Assembly: GCA_963805855.1 (NCBI GenBank)
Contig: CAWDVW010000005.1
Location: 928,001 to 992,000 of the forward strand
Reading direction: 5' to 3'
Length of the DNA: 64,000 bases
From: Candidatus Dadabacteria bacterium
GTDB lineage: Bacteria; Desulfobacterota_D; UBA1144; Nemesobacterales; CSP1-2
Position numbers and translations under genes: made by a program. The stretch's first letter is position 1. Every line of letters starts with the position of its first letter. The notes under the pieces were generated by a model. The model was not told the origin of the DNA, did not search any database, and worked only from the letters and a program-made list of their open reading frames with translations. Positions 1-9,070 of the stretch are shown one piece after another.

Positions 1-504
1 CGTGTATACATCACGTTCTTCTCTCGAGAGCTTTGCAGCGATATACCTTTGATCGTAGTAATTATCCCCAAACATCGTATCGTATGGAACAACCGTATGA
101 TTAAAGGCTCTTCCACCGCAATCCTTGTTACTGCATGCGAACAAGATTTCAAATCCGGCACTCTTAAGTTCGTTCTCATAATTTCTAAGAACCTCTAAAC
201 TTGACCGGTCCTCAGGGATCTCGTATGAAATCTTCGTGACTTTACCCTCCAGTTTCTCACTCTTTGTGACTCTTACATTGTTCGGCTCACCCGGGGCATT
301 CACAACTTCCCCTAAAATCAGGACGTACTCATCAAACTCGCGTTGATCATATTTCTTGATCTCAGAGCCCTCATACCTCTTTAACATAGGATGATCTGAA
401 CTTCCTTTTATATCTCCGGCCAACAATTCACGGTTTCCAAATAATGTCAATGCTAGAATGAATATAGAAACAAAAATTACATGGGCTGAAACTCTCAATT
501 TCAT
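1..504 (-). CDS. Exported DUF4892/OmpA-family protein, N-terminal part (runs off window start)
   Basis: Not in ORF track. Manual translation from ATG at 504 (AGGAGG upstream): MKLRVSAHVIFVSIFILALTLFG...DIKGSSDHPMLKRYEGSEIKKYDQREFDEY...LEGKVTKISYEIPEDRSSLEVLRNYENEL, open to position 1. This pattern is typical of DUF4892-OmpA proteins. Confidence 0.75.
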   Translation of the reverse strand, partial: MKLRVSAHVIFVSIFILALTLFGNRELLAGDIKGSSDHPMLKRYEGSEIKKYDQREFDEYVLILGEVVNAPGEPNNVRVTKSEKLEGKVTKISYEIPEDRSSLEVLRNYENELKSAGFEILFACSNKDCGGRAFNHTVVPYDTMFGDNYYDQRYIAAKLSREERDVYT

Positions 505-774
505 AAAACCTCCTAGTATTGTGATTGAGAAATATGATAAAAGAAAATCATATATTCCTTAAATAGACAAATAGTTAATTAGAGTTAGCATCAGCAGATT
601 ACTATTGAATTGCGATTCGAGCGAATAAATATTAACGTTGAAACTAATTGAAAATTATGCGAGTATGGAAGCGTGATGTATTTTCTATGTTTCAGTAATT
701 TAAAGAGTGTTTTTAATTGAAAAATATTATAACATGAATTTTTTATTATATAGATTCAGCAAAAAGGAGGAGCA

Positions 775-1296
775 ATGGAAACTTTAATTACAAGTGTTAT
801 AAGCAATTATTTTCTCACTTTTTTAATCATAGGCTTTATTGCGGCATTATTGTCGCTGATAAATAGACCAAGACCGCTTAATACCGATGAGGTTGTCGAG
901 GCATTTTTCTCTTACTATATGCTCATCACAGTCGGCATAAACAATCTTTATAACTTCGTTATGCATGTCTTCTTTGGCGAGATGGCGGCAAGCTTTATCG
1001 GGTGGCAGCAAAGCCCATTCCAGGCGGAGGTTGGCTTTGCCAGCCTCGGGATTGGAATTGTGGGCGTGATGGCTTTTCGTAGAAGTTTTCCATTTCGAAT
1101 GGCCACGTTGATTCCACCGGCCGTGTTCTCCTTGGGAGCTGCAGGTGGTCACATTTATCAAATGAGAGTTGCCCATAATTTCTCGCCCGGAAACGTGGGA
1201 CTGGTCCTGCCCTCAGATATTATTATTCCTGTTATCGGTTTTATATTATTATGGCTTTCATACCGCTATCCCGTAAGTCGGGAGGCTGTCGTGTAA
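775..1296 (+). CDS. Multi-pass membrane protein (DUF6790-like)
   Basis: 173 aa, several hydrophobic helices, motifs IGWQQSPFQAEVGFASLG and GHIYQM...NFSPGN; AGGAG RBS. Confidence 0.7.
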   Translation: METLITSVISNYFLTFLIIGFIAALLSLINRPRPLNTDEVVEAFFSYYMLITVGINNLYNFVMHVFFGEMAASFIGWQQSPFQAEVGFASLGIGIVGVMAFRRSFPFRMATLIPPAVFSLGAAGGHIYQMRVAHNFSPGNVGLVLPSDIIIPVIGFILLWLSYRYPVSREAVV

Positions 1297-1648
1297 ACAC
1301 AAAAACCGCGTTTAGGGGTAGCAGCAAAACCGCTCTCAGATTGCCAATCGTTGATCCTGGGACATTCTGAGAGGGCAAATTTAGACCATCCATAATTGCC
1401 GGACAGCCTCCTAAGAATCTGGGATTGTAGAATAGCCTCCCAATTATACAATTCATGCAAGCGTTTTCAATCAAAGTTATTAAATACATATCCACACAGA
1501 GGAAAAAGGAGGACACCCCGTAAATATTGAATCAAATCTCACCTCCACCTGTAAAATTTCTTTTCCTGTCCTATTAATTTTCTGGGTCTATTATTAAACA
1601 TAAGAATTCGATTATAATGGACAGGATCCCGAATCGGAGAAGGATCTC

Positions 1649-1894
1649 TTAATTGAGTTTCGCTTCTATCTCTTTTTTAATTATCTCCCTCTCTTCTTTT
1701 AAATCAATTTCTGTAAATTCCTTATTTGCTCTGGAATACCAGTATCTTGAATTTGATATATCCCCCTCTTCCCTGTGAAGGTTTGCGTGTATCCAGTAAG
1801 CATAGATATTCTCTATAGACTGCACTGTCTTATGAGCTTCATCCCAATCCCCTTCATTCGCATATTTAATAGCCAGTAATAATTTTTCTTTCAT
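1649..1894 (-). CDS. Small conserved hypothetical helical protein
   Basis: 81 aa with WDEAH...AYWIHANLHREEGDISNSRYWYSRA, a motif recognisable from a widespread uncharacterised family. Confidence 0.7.
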   Translation of the reverse strand: MKEKLLLAIKYANEGDWDEAHKTVQSIENIYAYWIHANLHREEGDISNSRYWYSRANKEFTEIDLKEEREIIKKEIEAKLN

Positions 1895-2265
1895 GGTCTA
1901 TAGTTTATTTCAGCATCATGCCATAAATCAATACCGTAGGGTGCGAGCGTGGGCACTCTAGGACAGAATCAAGTGTAGATAATCATCTTCTCAGCCCGAA
2001 AGTTAGATTTCTTTCTCTTATCCCATACGTATTTGCTCAACGACTCATTTAATAGGACCTTGAAGTTAATTCCCGCACCTCAAGCAAATTAGTCTCTAAG
2101 TGCAAAGTAGTCTTGAGTGATTCACTGTAACAATTGGAATAATTTGACAGGATCAAAATCTTATCAAATAATTTGTGTCAACGTTTCAAAAATCATTTCG
2201 TAATTTAATATAGTTTATTCTTGTCCCATTAGCAGAGAAATCATGTCCAAGAGAGGTGTAGATGT

Positions 2266-3522
2266 ATGATAAAGAAAATTGCTATCCTCAGTTGTCTATT
2301 GTTGATTCATATGCTTTTTTCGTTGGTTGCGCGAAGCCAAGATGGTCAAATCGGCGACTTCCCACCCTTCATCCCAAACGATTTGATGACAACCCCTTTC
2401 GGCCCTGCATATGCTGACATAGTCCTGGTTCCACCAAATTTCCTTCCGTGTAAAGGAGGCCCCTTCGCGCTATGTTATTATTCGGGACCGGATTCGGGGG
2501 ACCCTCCCCTTCCCTGCGTGATAACGGAAGACGGGAAGTTTGCTAACTGCAAATGCTTTGAATTTGCCTATGGAAAGTACTTTGTCGATATAAACGCTAT
2601 TTTGGATAAGGAAATCTACCTCGAGACCGTAGCCAAATGTGGTGTAGAAGGAATAATGTGTCAAGAAACCAATCAGGCGCCCGTTTGCGAATCTATAAAC
2701 CGCGGCGAGTTCATTCCAGGCGCCGACAGCATTTCCGCCTTCAGCTTTGAGTGTATACCCGAGCAGTTTATCGGTCAGACAAATTGCCCTCAGGCTCTTT
2801 ATGCGGGCTGTATGACGGCTCCTTGCATCAAGACAGATGAAGAGGGAATAGTCGATTGCCTTTGCCCAACCTTTGACGGACCATATCAGGTGGGGCTAAA
2901 TGATCAAACCTGCGATATAGGACCCGATTTCGTGTGGTCTGCCGCTTTCAATCCCAATCAGGGCGGGATGACATTCCCCTCACCACCCGGCTGCATTCCG
3001 GACGCCCCCGTCGACGCGGGAGGATGTCCCCTTTTGACTCGGGATATTATTCCCCCTCCACCTGCTGATGTGGATTGTGAAGAGGTGTGTCAGGAATACT
3101 CGGATTGTCAGAACGGCATGGGTATTGAATTAGGATTTACATGCGATGCGACCCTTTGTACCTCTACATGCGAAGATAGGGGGTTAGTGGCGGAGGCGTG
3201 CTCAGGGCTCGAGAACTGTGAAGTATCTGAAATCATAAAGTTGGAGGAAGAAGTAGGGTGCAGCTGTTGCGCGAGCCAGATATGTGGTTGTACGGCGAAT
3301 GCCAAGACAGATAACGAAGTATTTAAATTAAACGAAAAACAACGTGAGAGAAAAATTATTCCACAGTGCGATATAAATGGCACGTTGTGTGGAGAGAAGT
3401 CATCAACAAGTGGAGGAGGGTGCTCGCTTGCTCCTGCGGACGCTCCCTTATCAGTCCCTCTGTATTTGGTAATACCTTTATTCATTTTGCTGAGAGTGGT
3501 TAAGAAAACCAACGAGCGCTAA
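2266..3522 (+). CDS. Secreted cysteine-rich protein with C-terminal GGGC-TM-basic sorting signal
   Basis: N-terminal signal peptide, 34 Cys counted, C-terminus SSTSGGGCSLAP...LYLVIPLFILLRVVKK; GAGG RBS. Confidence 0.8.
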   Translation: MIKKIAILSCLLLIHMLFSLVARSQDGQIGDFPPFIPNDLMTTPFGPAYADIVLVPPNFLPCKGGPFALCYYSGPDSGDPPLPCVITEDGKFANCKCFEFAYGKYFVDINAILDKEIYLETVAKCGVEGIMCQETNQAPVCESINRGEFIPGADSISAFSFECIPEQFIGQTNCPQALYAGCMTAPCIKTDEEGIVDCLCPTFDGPYQVGLNDQTCDIGPDFVWSAAFNPNQGGMTFPSPPGCIPDAPVDAGGCPLLTRDIIPPPPADVDCEEVCQEYSDCQNGMGIELGFTCDATLCTSTCEDRGLVAEACSGLENCEVSEIIKLEEEVGCSCCASQICGCTANAKTDNEVFKLNEKQRERKIIPQCDINGTLCGEKSSTSGGGCSLAPADAPLSVPLYLVIPLFILLRVVKKTNER

Positions 3523-3802
3523 TAGGACCTATCTCAGAATCAGAAAGAAGAACCTGACTAGCCCGTTTATCTCTCTTAGTTGATTCGGAGAGGCCTGGTT
3601 CGGCGAATTATACCGACGCGCCGGCCATACCTGAGAAACTTTTTTTCTTCACACCCAAAAGCAGCCTATTGCACTATAAATTAACATACTAGACTTTAAT
3701 GAATACAATAATGCTATCGTGAGCCGAGGAAACAGATGAATCCAAAGAAAGGAAAAAGACTGAATTCCTATCAGACATGTTTTTTTGTATAGCTAAGTCA
3801 CC

Positions 3803-4711
3803 TCAACCCCTGACATTAGAAATTTTTTCCAAAGCGAGCATCAGTGCCTGTGTCCCCTTTCTTCCGTGTCCCTGTGCCCGAGCCGCAACGTACAGCTGAT
3901 GTACAAGGGCTAAACCTGGAAGACTCAGATTCATTCGCTCGGCCTCTTTGAGGGCAATTCCCATATCCTTGATAAAATGCTCTACAAAAAACCCGGGCCT
4001 GAAATCACGCTTCAGAATTCTCGGGGCAAGATTATCCAGCATCCAGCAAGCTGCAGCACCTCTGCTAACGGACTCGAGCATAGTTTTAAGATCGAGCCCC
4101 GCCTTATAACCGTAAAGAAGCGTCTCACACATACCAATCATTAACCCCGAAACCATTACCTGGTTACACATCTTTGCATGCTGACCAGAGCCAGCAGCTC
4201 CCTGATAGACAATATTTTTGCCCATAAGCCCAAAAAGAGGCATAACTGCCTCGACGGTATCCTTATCTCCGCCGACCATAATTGAGAGCTTACCTGCCAT
4301 GGCACCTATATCACCTCCCGAAACAGGGGCATCGATTGAAGTCGCCTTCTTGAGTCTAGCCTCCTTGTAAATCTCCTTTGAAAGCGAGGGCTCGGTCGTC
4401 GTCATATCTACCACAATGCTTCCGGGTTTTACACCCTTAATAACTCCCTTACTTCCGAAATAGACTTCTCTAACATCTTGAGGAAATCCTACCATTGTAA
4501 AAATAACATCGGAGTTTTGAGCCACAGCTTCCGGCGAATTTACCCAGGTTGCCCCCGAATCAATCAACTTTTTTGCCTTCTTCTTCGTGCGACTGTACAC
4601 AAAGGCTATATAACCTTTATCAATTATGTGCTGGCACATGGAGCTCCCCATCACGCCTGTCCCTATCCAGCCAATTTTCGTCTTAGACGGCAGAATTTTC
4701 ATTTTGCTCAT
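3803..4711 (-). CDS. NAD(P)-dependent oxidoreductase, 3-hydroxyisobutyrate dehydrogenase/tartronate semialdehyde reductase family
   Basis: IGWIGTGVMG Rossmann motif, DAPVSGGD, GSGQHAKMCNQ; start moved to the ATG at 4711. Confidence 0.9.
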   Translation of the reverse strand: MSKMKILPSKTKIGWIGTGVMGSSMCQHIIDKGYIAFVYSRTKKKAKKLIDSGATWVNSPEAVAQNSDVIFTMVGFPQDVREVYFGSKGVIKGVKPGSIVVDMTTTEPSLSKEIYKEARLKKATSIDAPVSGGDIGAMAGKLSIMVGGDKDTVEAVMPLFGLMGKNIVYQGAAGSGQHAKMCNQVMVSGLMIGMCETLLYGYKAGLDLKTMLESVSRGAAACWMLDNLAPRILKRDFRPGFFVEHFIKDMGIALKEAERMNLSLPGLALVHQLYVAARAQGHGRKGTQALMLALEKISNVRG

Positions 4712-4986
4712 GTAAAGCACCCCTCTGGAATTCGAAATTAGAATTATGTAACTGTTGATATATCAACAAAAGACAATATCTAGGGAAGAAAAAGTCGATG
4801 CCACAGGTTTTGAATCTGAGACCCCAGAACAAACCCCAAATCAATCTGAAGAGGATATTTTCTCAGGACCGAAAATAGGTTATATCTCTCCAAATTGAAA
4901 TGCAAACGTAAAACGAATCTAAAAGACAACAGCCAAAAGTTATTTTATCCGATTCACCAAGTCAGTTGGGACAATATCGTTAGGTA

Positions 4987-5175
4987 TCACTTGCTTCTGG
5001 GAAAACCAAGATCCTTGCAGATCTTACGAGCCAGGTTGTCATTGATCTCACTATGTCGAGGGATTGCCGAACGCTTGTTTTGACGGGGATTGTGCCACCA
5101 CGAATGCCGGCCACCTTCCCTCAACAACTCACAACCGTTTCTTCGAAGATGCCGAAGAAGCTCATCCCGCTTCAT
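4987..5175 (-). CDS. hicA: HicA-family toxin (type II TA)
   Basis: 62 aa MKRDELLRHL...REGGRHSWW...AIPRHSEI...ICKDLG; 4-bp overlap with hicB. Confidence 0.9.
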   Translation of the reverse strand: MKRDELLRHLRRNGCELLREGGRHSWWHNPRQNKRSAIPRHSEINDNLARKICKDLGFPRSK

Positions 5176-5384
5176 AAGGCAATAGGAGTTTCTTCAAATC
5201 CTTCGCCAGCAGCTTCCAACGCATCGCGACGATTCAACTCTAACGCTTCTCGAAGGGTCACTTTCAGCGTCTCAAGCAATTCTTCCTTCGTACGCTCCTG
5301 GCAATTGACACCAGGAATCTCTTCAACCCATCCAATCCACCAATGATTCTCCTGCTTAATGACTGCCGTGTATGTTTCCTTCAT
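5172..5384 (-). CDS. hicB: HicB-family antitoxin (short, no DNA-binding domain)
   Basis: 70 aa YTAVIKQE..WWIGWVEEIPGVNCQERTKEELLETL; upstream of hicA (hicBA order). Confidence 0.9.
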   Translation of the reverse strand: MKETYTAVIKQENHWWIGWVEEIPGVNCQERTKEELLETLKVTLREALELNRRDALEAAGEGFEETPIAL

Positions 5385-5469
5385 TTAATCCACCTATGGT
5401 TATGAATCTTGAATTGTAAAAATAGATTATATGGAAATATTTTCGGTTATCAACCATAATACTAAAAAG

Positions 5470-6054
5470 ATGGGTAGAAAGAAAACTAGGTTTAAATATC
5501 AACTTAACCCGAAAGGTATAAGGAACTTACCAATAGACGAGATCAAGTCCATTTTGAGAGGGGCAGACGACCTGATAATGACCGGTGGCCGAACACTCTT
5601 AGCAAAAGTTTTAAAGGGTTCACGAGAAAAGAAGGTTACAGAGCTAGGCCTCGATAAGAGTCCTGTTTATGGGCATTACAAGCCACATTCAATCGATGAG
5701 ATCTTGGCACGCATTGATTGGGTCATTCTTAATGGATTTCTTGCCATCCAGTATGACGATCGATTACCCCTCCTCGTATATACTCAGAAGGGATGGGAGA
5801 TCGAGAAAGAAAATTATACCGATGAGTTAATCAGGGAATTTGATGAATTATTGGCCTTGGGAAAGAAACCTTTCGACATGTCCTACCTAAAAGACAAAAA
5901 TAGAGAACTGATCTGGCTTTTGTTGGATAAAGTGGAAGCAACCGGAAGTAAAAAATACATTCCACTGCTAGAGGAATGGAAGAAGATAGACTATAGAAAA
6001 GTAAGACAGAAAATCAAACAAGTCATCGACGCTCTAAACAACGCGGTAACTTGA
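5470..6054 (+). CDS. RQC-like winged-helix domain protein (RQC-minor type)
   Basis: ILRGADDLIMTGGRTLLAKVLKGSREKKV...SPVYG resembles a stand-alone RecQ C-terminal domain; start could be 5431 or 5470. Confidence 0.7.
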   Translation: MGRKKTRFKYQLNPKGIRNLPIDEIKSILRGADDLIMTGGRTLLAKVLKGSREKKVTELGLDKSPVYGHYKPHSIDEILARIDWVILNGFLAIQYDDRLPLLVYTQKGWEIEKENYTDELIREFDELLALGKKPFDMSYLKDKNRELIWLLLDKVEATGSKKYIPLLEEWKKIDYRKVRQKIKQVIDALNNAVT

Positions 6055-6367
6055 GTTAAAAGGTTAAATAGCCACTTAATATAGCTTAGACTCATCTGGA
6101 AAAATTCTTTGCTTGCGCCCAATAGTAGCTTAGTTCTCTGTAATTTAACATACAAGTATTTAACAAATTGAATAATACAGGCGCGACGAAATCATTGAAT
6201 GCAAATTGCTTAGATTGGTGCTTTTGCAAAGAAAATTAACTATAATTGATTTAAAGAATGAATAAAAAGGAACTATCACGGCATTTCTGAGTGACAAAAC
6301 TTTTCCGATACAGTAGATGTATCGTCTACTTTAACAAAGAAGTATTCTTAGCAATCCCACATCCTCA

Positions 6368-7711
6368 TTACAACGGGAAGCACTTGCCGAAGTCCTTTAG
6401 AAGTCTGAGAGATCCTTTGATTAGAATCTTACGCGTAAGTAGAGCCCAGATAATGCTCTTTTCCTTCCTGAGAAATCCTAGCCAGGTTTTGCTGTCGGCG
6501 GTTATATGAATATCCGCACTCCCTGCATGGCCCTCGTTAACCTGGAGAGCCCTATCTCTAATGACCACAGTAGCTTTGTAGGGCTCTTCCCCCGTAAACG
6601 TGAAGTGATATGTAGCGTTAATTCCGTCAGATTGGTTACGCTGAAAAACGAGCGGTAATCCCTCAATAAATCCCTTTATCGAAGCGGGCTTTATCCCGCT
6701 CCCAACCACCTTAGTTTTCTTGTGGGGAAATCTTTTATGAACATACGACTCCGCGTCAGAGTCTCTAGTTACATAGACTGTTTCTTTTTTCTCCTGTAAT
6801 GGCCTTACGACATCCTTCAGATATCCCGGTCTATCGGCTAAGAATGGACCGATTACATCTTCACCTGCGGGACAGACTGCCATGCAATAGGCAGCCTTGT
6901 AATTCGCGCCAAAGGAAAGGCTCTGCCACATCGAAGCTGATTCGGAGTCGGTCACCCTTCTTCGATAATCCACTGCGTCATTGCTCGCAGCTATTTTCTC
7001 AACCCAGTCTGTGAATCCTCCCATGAATTCACGATAGTTGTGTGTGTAGCAAGCTGAGAAATTGAAATAACCATCAGATCCTATTGCTCCGACGGGACAA
7101 GCAGAAACACATAACTTGCATTCGAGGCAAGGGTTATAATCAATCGGATGATCATAAGATCTCACCTCTGCGTCCATGAGTATTGTGCCGAGAAGTATAA
7201 AATTACCGAATTTTGGATGAATTACGTTTCTGTGAATCCCCATGTGACCAAGGCCTGCTGCGACTGCTACGGTTTTATGCGATACAATCCAGATCTTTCC
7301 CGGAAATCTATCCATCTCCATCGGAAAACCCATTGATGGGTTTATTGCCCCAACTTCTTTATTCTCAAGCTCGCAAACGATCCTGTGGGCGACCTCGTTT
7401 ACCTTATCGCCTGTATGATGAAACTCCAGGTTTGCCACTGAGCGACCCGGACTACGAATCGGCTCGCGATTCATTCGACAGACAAAGCTAATAAGTGTTT
7501 TTGTATGCGGAAAGTATGAGATGATGTCTTCCCTCTCAAAAGCAATTTCATCTCGGTCAATCTCTACTAAACCCACGTCATCGGCCCCTGCTTCCAGACA
7601 AAGCTCCCGCAACCATTTAGCATCAAGCTGGGACGAAGTCGTTGGCTTATCGTCTATTTTTAGCTTTTGATAGTAGTTTTTTACTGTTGGATGATCTTCG
7701 AGTTTCAGCAT
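6368..7711 (-). CDS. QueG/reductive-dehalogenase-like 4Fe-4S protein fused to C-terminal SCP2 lipid-binding domain
   Basis: SHKTVAVAAGLGHMG, HPKFGNFILLGTIL, CLECKLCVSACPVGA, second cluster motif split (SACY...YCMAVCP); C-terminal YHFTFTGEE...ADIHITADSKTW...LIKGSL looks like SCP2. Confidence 0.8.
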   Translation of the reverse strand: MLKLEDHPTVKNYYQKLKIDDKPTTSSQLDAKWLRELCLEAGADDVGLVEIDRDEIAFEREDIISYFPHTKTLISFVCRMNREPIRSPGRSVANLEFHHTGDKVNEVAHRIVCELENKEVGAINPSMGFPMEMDRFPGKIWIVSHKTVAVAAGLGHMGIHRNVIHPKFGNFILLGTILMDAEVRSYDHPIDYNPCLECKLCVSACPVGAIGSDGYFNFSACYTHNYREFMGGFTDWVEKIAASNDAVDYRRRVTDSESASMWQSLSFGANYKAAYCMAVCPAGEDVIGPFLADRPGYLKDVVRPLQEKKETVYVTRDSDAESYVHKRFPHKKTKVVGSGIKPASIKGFIEGLPLVFQRNQSDGINATYHFTFTGEEPYKATVVIRDRALQVNEGHAGSADIHITADSKTWLGFLRKEKSIIWALLTRKILIKGSLRLLKDFGKCFPL

Positions 7712-7766
7712 TTTCCCATTCTCATATGATTTAGCTACATTTAACTTTTACTATCGGAATATTTTA

Positions 7767-7820
7767 TGTAGTGGAGGTCTTTCGACGTCCATAAATGGAA
7801 TCCTAAAGGATTCCGCTACA
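7767..7820. repeat. GTAG-type REP doublet
   Basis: TGTAGTGGAGGTCTTTCGACGTCCA-taaa-TGGAATCCTAAAGGATTCCGCTACA; same family as 9899-9952 and 58969-58992. Confidence 0.75.
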
Positions 7821-7882
7821 GCCATATCCTTACGTCGAATCAACGTCAGAAACATTGTCTCAACGCGTGAACAGATTCGCGG

Positions 7883-7996
7883 CTAGAAGCCGCTCCTGCA
7901 AGGTTTATTTAAGCTCGTTTTTTTCATGATCTTTCCAATACCGCTTGGAGCCGTTGTTACGATGGCCACTTTGTCCTCATATCTTTTATTCTTCAT
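7883..7996 (-). pseudogene. Truncated short-chain dehydrogenase (SDR) N-terminal stub
   Basis: GGAGG RBS then MKNKRYEDKVAIVTTAPSGIGK..., matching the SDR start (KVAIVTGAxSGIG); stops after 37 aa inside a REP-like palindrome. Confidence 0.65.
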
Positions 7997-8015
7997 ATAC
8001 CCGTGCCTCCCGTGT

Positions 8016-8031
8016 GAGTGTATATACACTC
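8016..8031. promoter_or_regulatory. Palindromic operator candidate (MarR)
   Basis: Perfect 16-bp palindrome GAGTGTATATACACTC; a related copy GGAGTATATACACC lies at 8547-8560. Confidence 0.6.
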
Positions 8032-8046
8032 TGTTGTGCAAAATTT

Positions 8047-8538
8047 TTACCTGTGGTTACCTTGAACCTGAGATATTAACTCAGAAATATTCGATATCAT
8101 CGAGTTCCATTTATCGTTTCCAAGGTCATTTTTAATCCTTTGTTGCGTTTTCTCCCATAGCGGTAGAGCCTTTGATAGAAGCCTCCTTCCTTTTTCGGTA
8201 ATATCGATGTAACGAGTTCTAAGATCACTTCCCGGGTTAATTTCTATGAAGCCCTTCTTTTCTAAGGGGGATAGATTGCGGGCTAAGGTAGTCCTATCCA
8301 GCAACATGATCTCTGCCAATTTAGTAAGGGTTATTGGACCATAGCTAAAGATGTGACTTAGAACGGTAAACTGTGTACCCTTTAGGCCGATCGTTCTAAA
8401 TGCTCCATCAAAAAGACTTTGCACGACACGAGTTGCCTTTTTCAGATTGAAGCATGTGCATTCGCTGCAGTGAGCAACTTCGTATCTACTTAACTCAGCA
8501 GGGTCACCTTTTACCATGCTGTCCTTTTTCTTCGACAT
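8047..8538 (-). CDS. MarR-family transcriptional regulator
   Basis: CTCFNLKKATRVV...TQFTVL...LDRTTLARNLSPLEKKG...DLRTRYIDITEKG; ATG at 8538 preferred because the longer start overlaps the promoter. Confidence 0.9.
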   Translation of the reverse strand: MSKKKDSMVKGDPAELSRYEVAHCSECTCFNLKKATRVVQSLFDGAFRTIGLKGTQFTVLSHIFSYGPITLTKLAEIMLLDRTTLARNLSPLEKKGFIEINPGSDLRTRYIDITEKGRRLLSKALPLWEKTQQRIKNDLGNDKWNSMISNISELISQVQGNHR

Positions 8539-8548
8539 GATAAGTAGG

Positions 8549-8577
8549 AGTATATACACCTTTTATTTACTTGTCAA
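8549..8577 (-). promoter_or_regulatory. Sigma-70 promoter of marR overlapped by operator candidate
   Basis: Minus strand TTGACA (8577-8572), 17 bp, TATACT (8554-8549). Confidence 0.7.
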
Positions 8578-8786
8578 GTGGGGATTTTTATTTTTTTTTA
8601 AATATCAGTCCCGGGACTGAAAAGTCTCGGCTACCATTAACGTTATTATCGCTGTCAATCATGACAGGTAAAGTTTTCGAACCTTGGTTCACATTGAAGT
8701 TGCAATAGAATATGGTTTGTGATAATTTTTTTATCGCTGTTCACAAAGAGTTACCCAGAATAATTTGTTAAAAGGAGAATCTAAGA

Positions 8787-9023
8787 ATGGAAAAGGGACT
8801 AATCGCCATTATGTTTTTAATTCTAGGCTGTGCTGGAGGAAGCTATTCTTCCAAAAAGGGCGATGGGTTTGATATGAGTATCTGCAACAATATCCCACTT
8901 AGTATTGAAGAATTCGAGGCTATGGACCCCGAAATAAAGGCACAAAAGATAAGCTGTGCAGATTTGGAAAGGTGCTCGGCAATTGCTGGACAGGCGGCAC
9001 CTCCAGACGTTCCCTGTGAATAG
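8787..9023 (+). CDS. Small putative lipoprotein
   Basis: AGGAG RBS; signal with lipobox-like LILGC; four further Cys. Confidence 0.6.
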   Translation: MEKGLIAIMFLILGCAGGSYSSKKGDGFDMSICNNIPLSIEEFEAMDPEIKAQKISCADLERCSAIAGQAAPPDVPCE

Positions 9024-9070
9024 AATAATTCTCAGGCAAGGGGGCAGAATACCCGCCCGTCTTGGTTCAA

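Noticed and set aside
1241-1516. Minus-strand ORFs of 91 and 64 aa; faint DUF433-like stretch (NPRFLGGCPAI)
   Set aside because: Similarity is too short, there is no clear RBS, and the ORFs overlap the upstream gene end.
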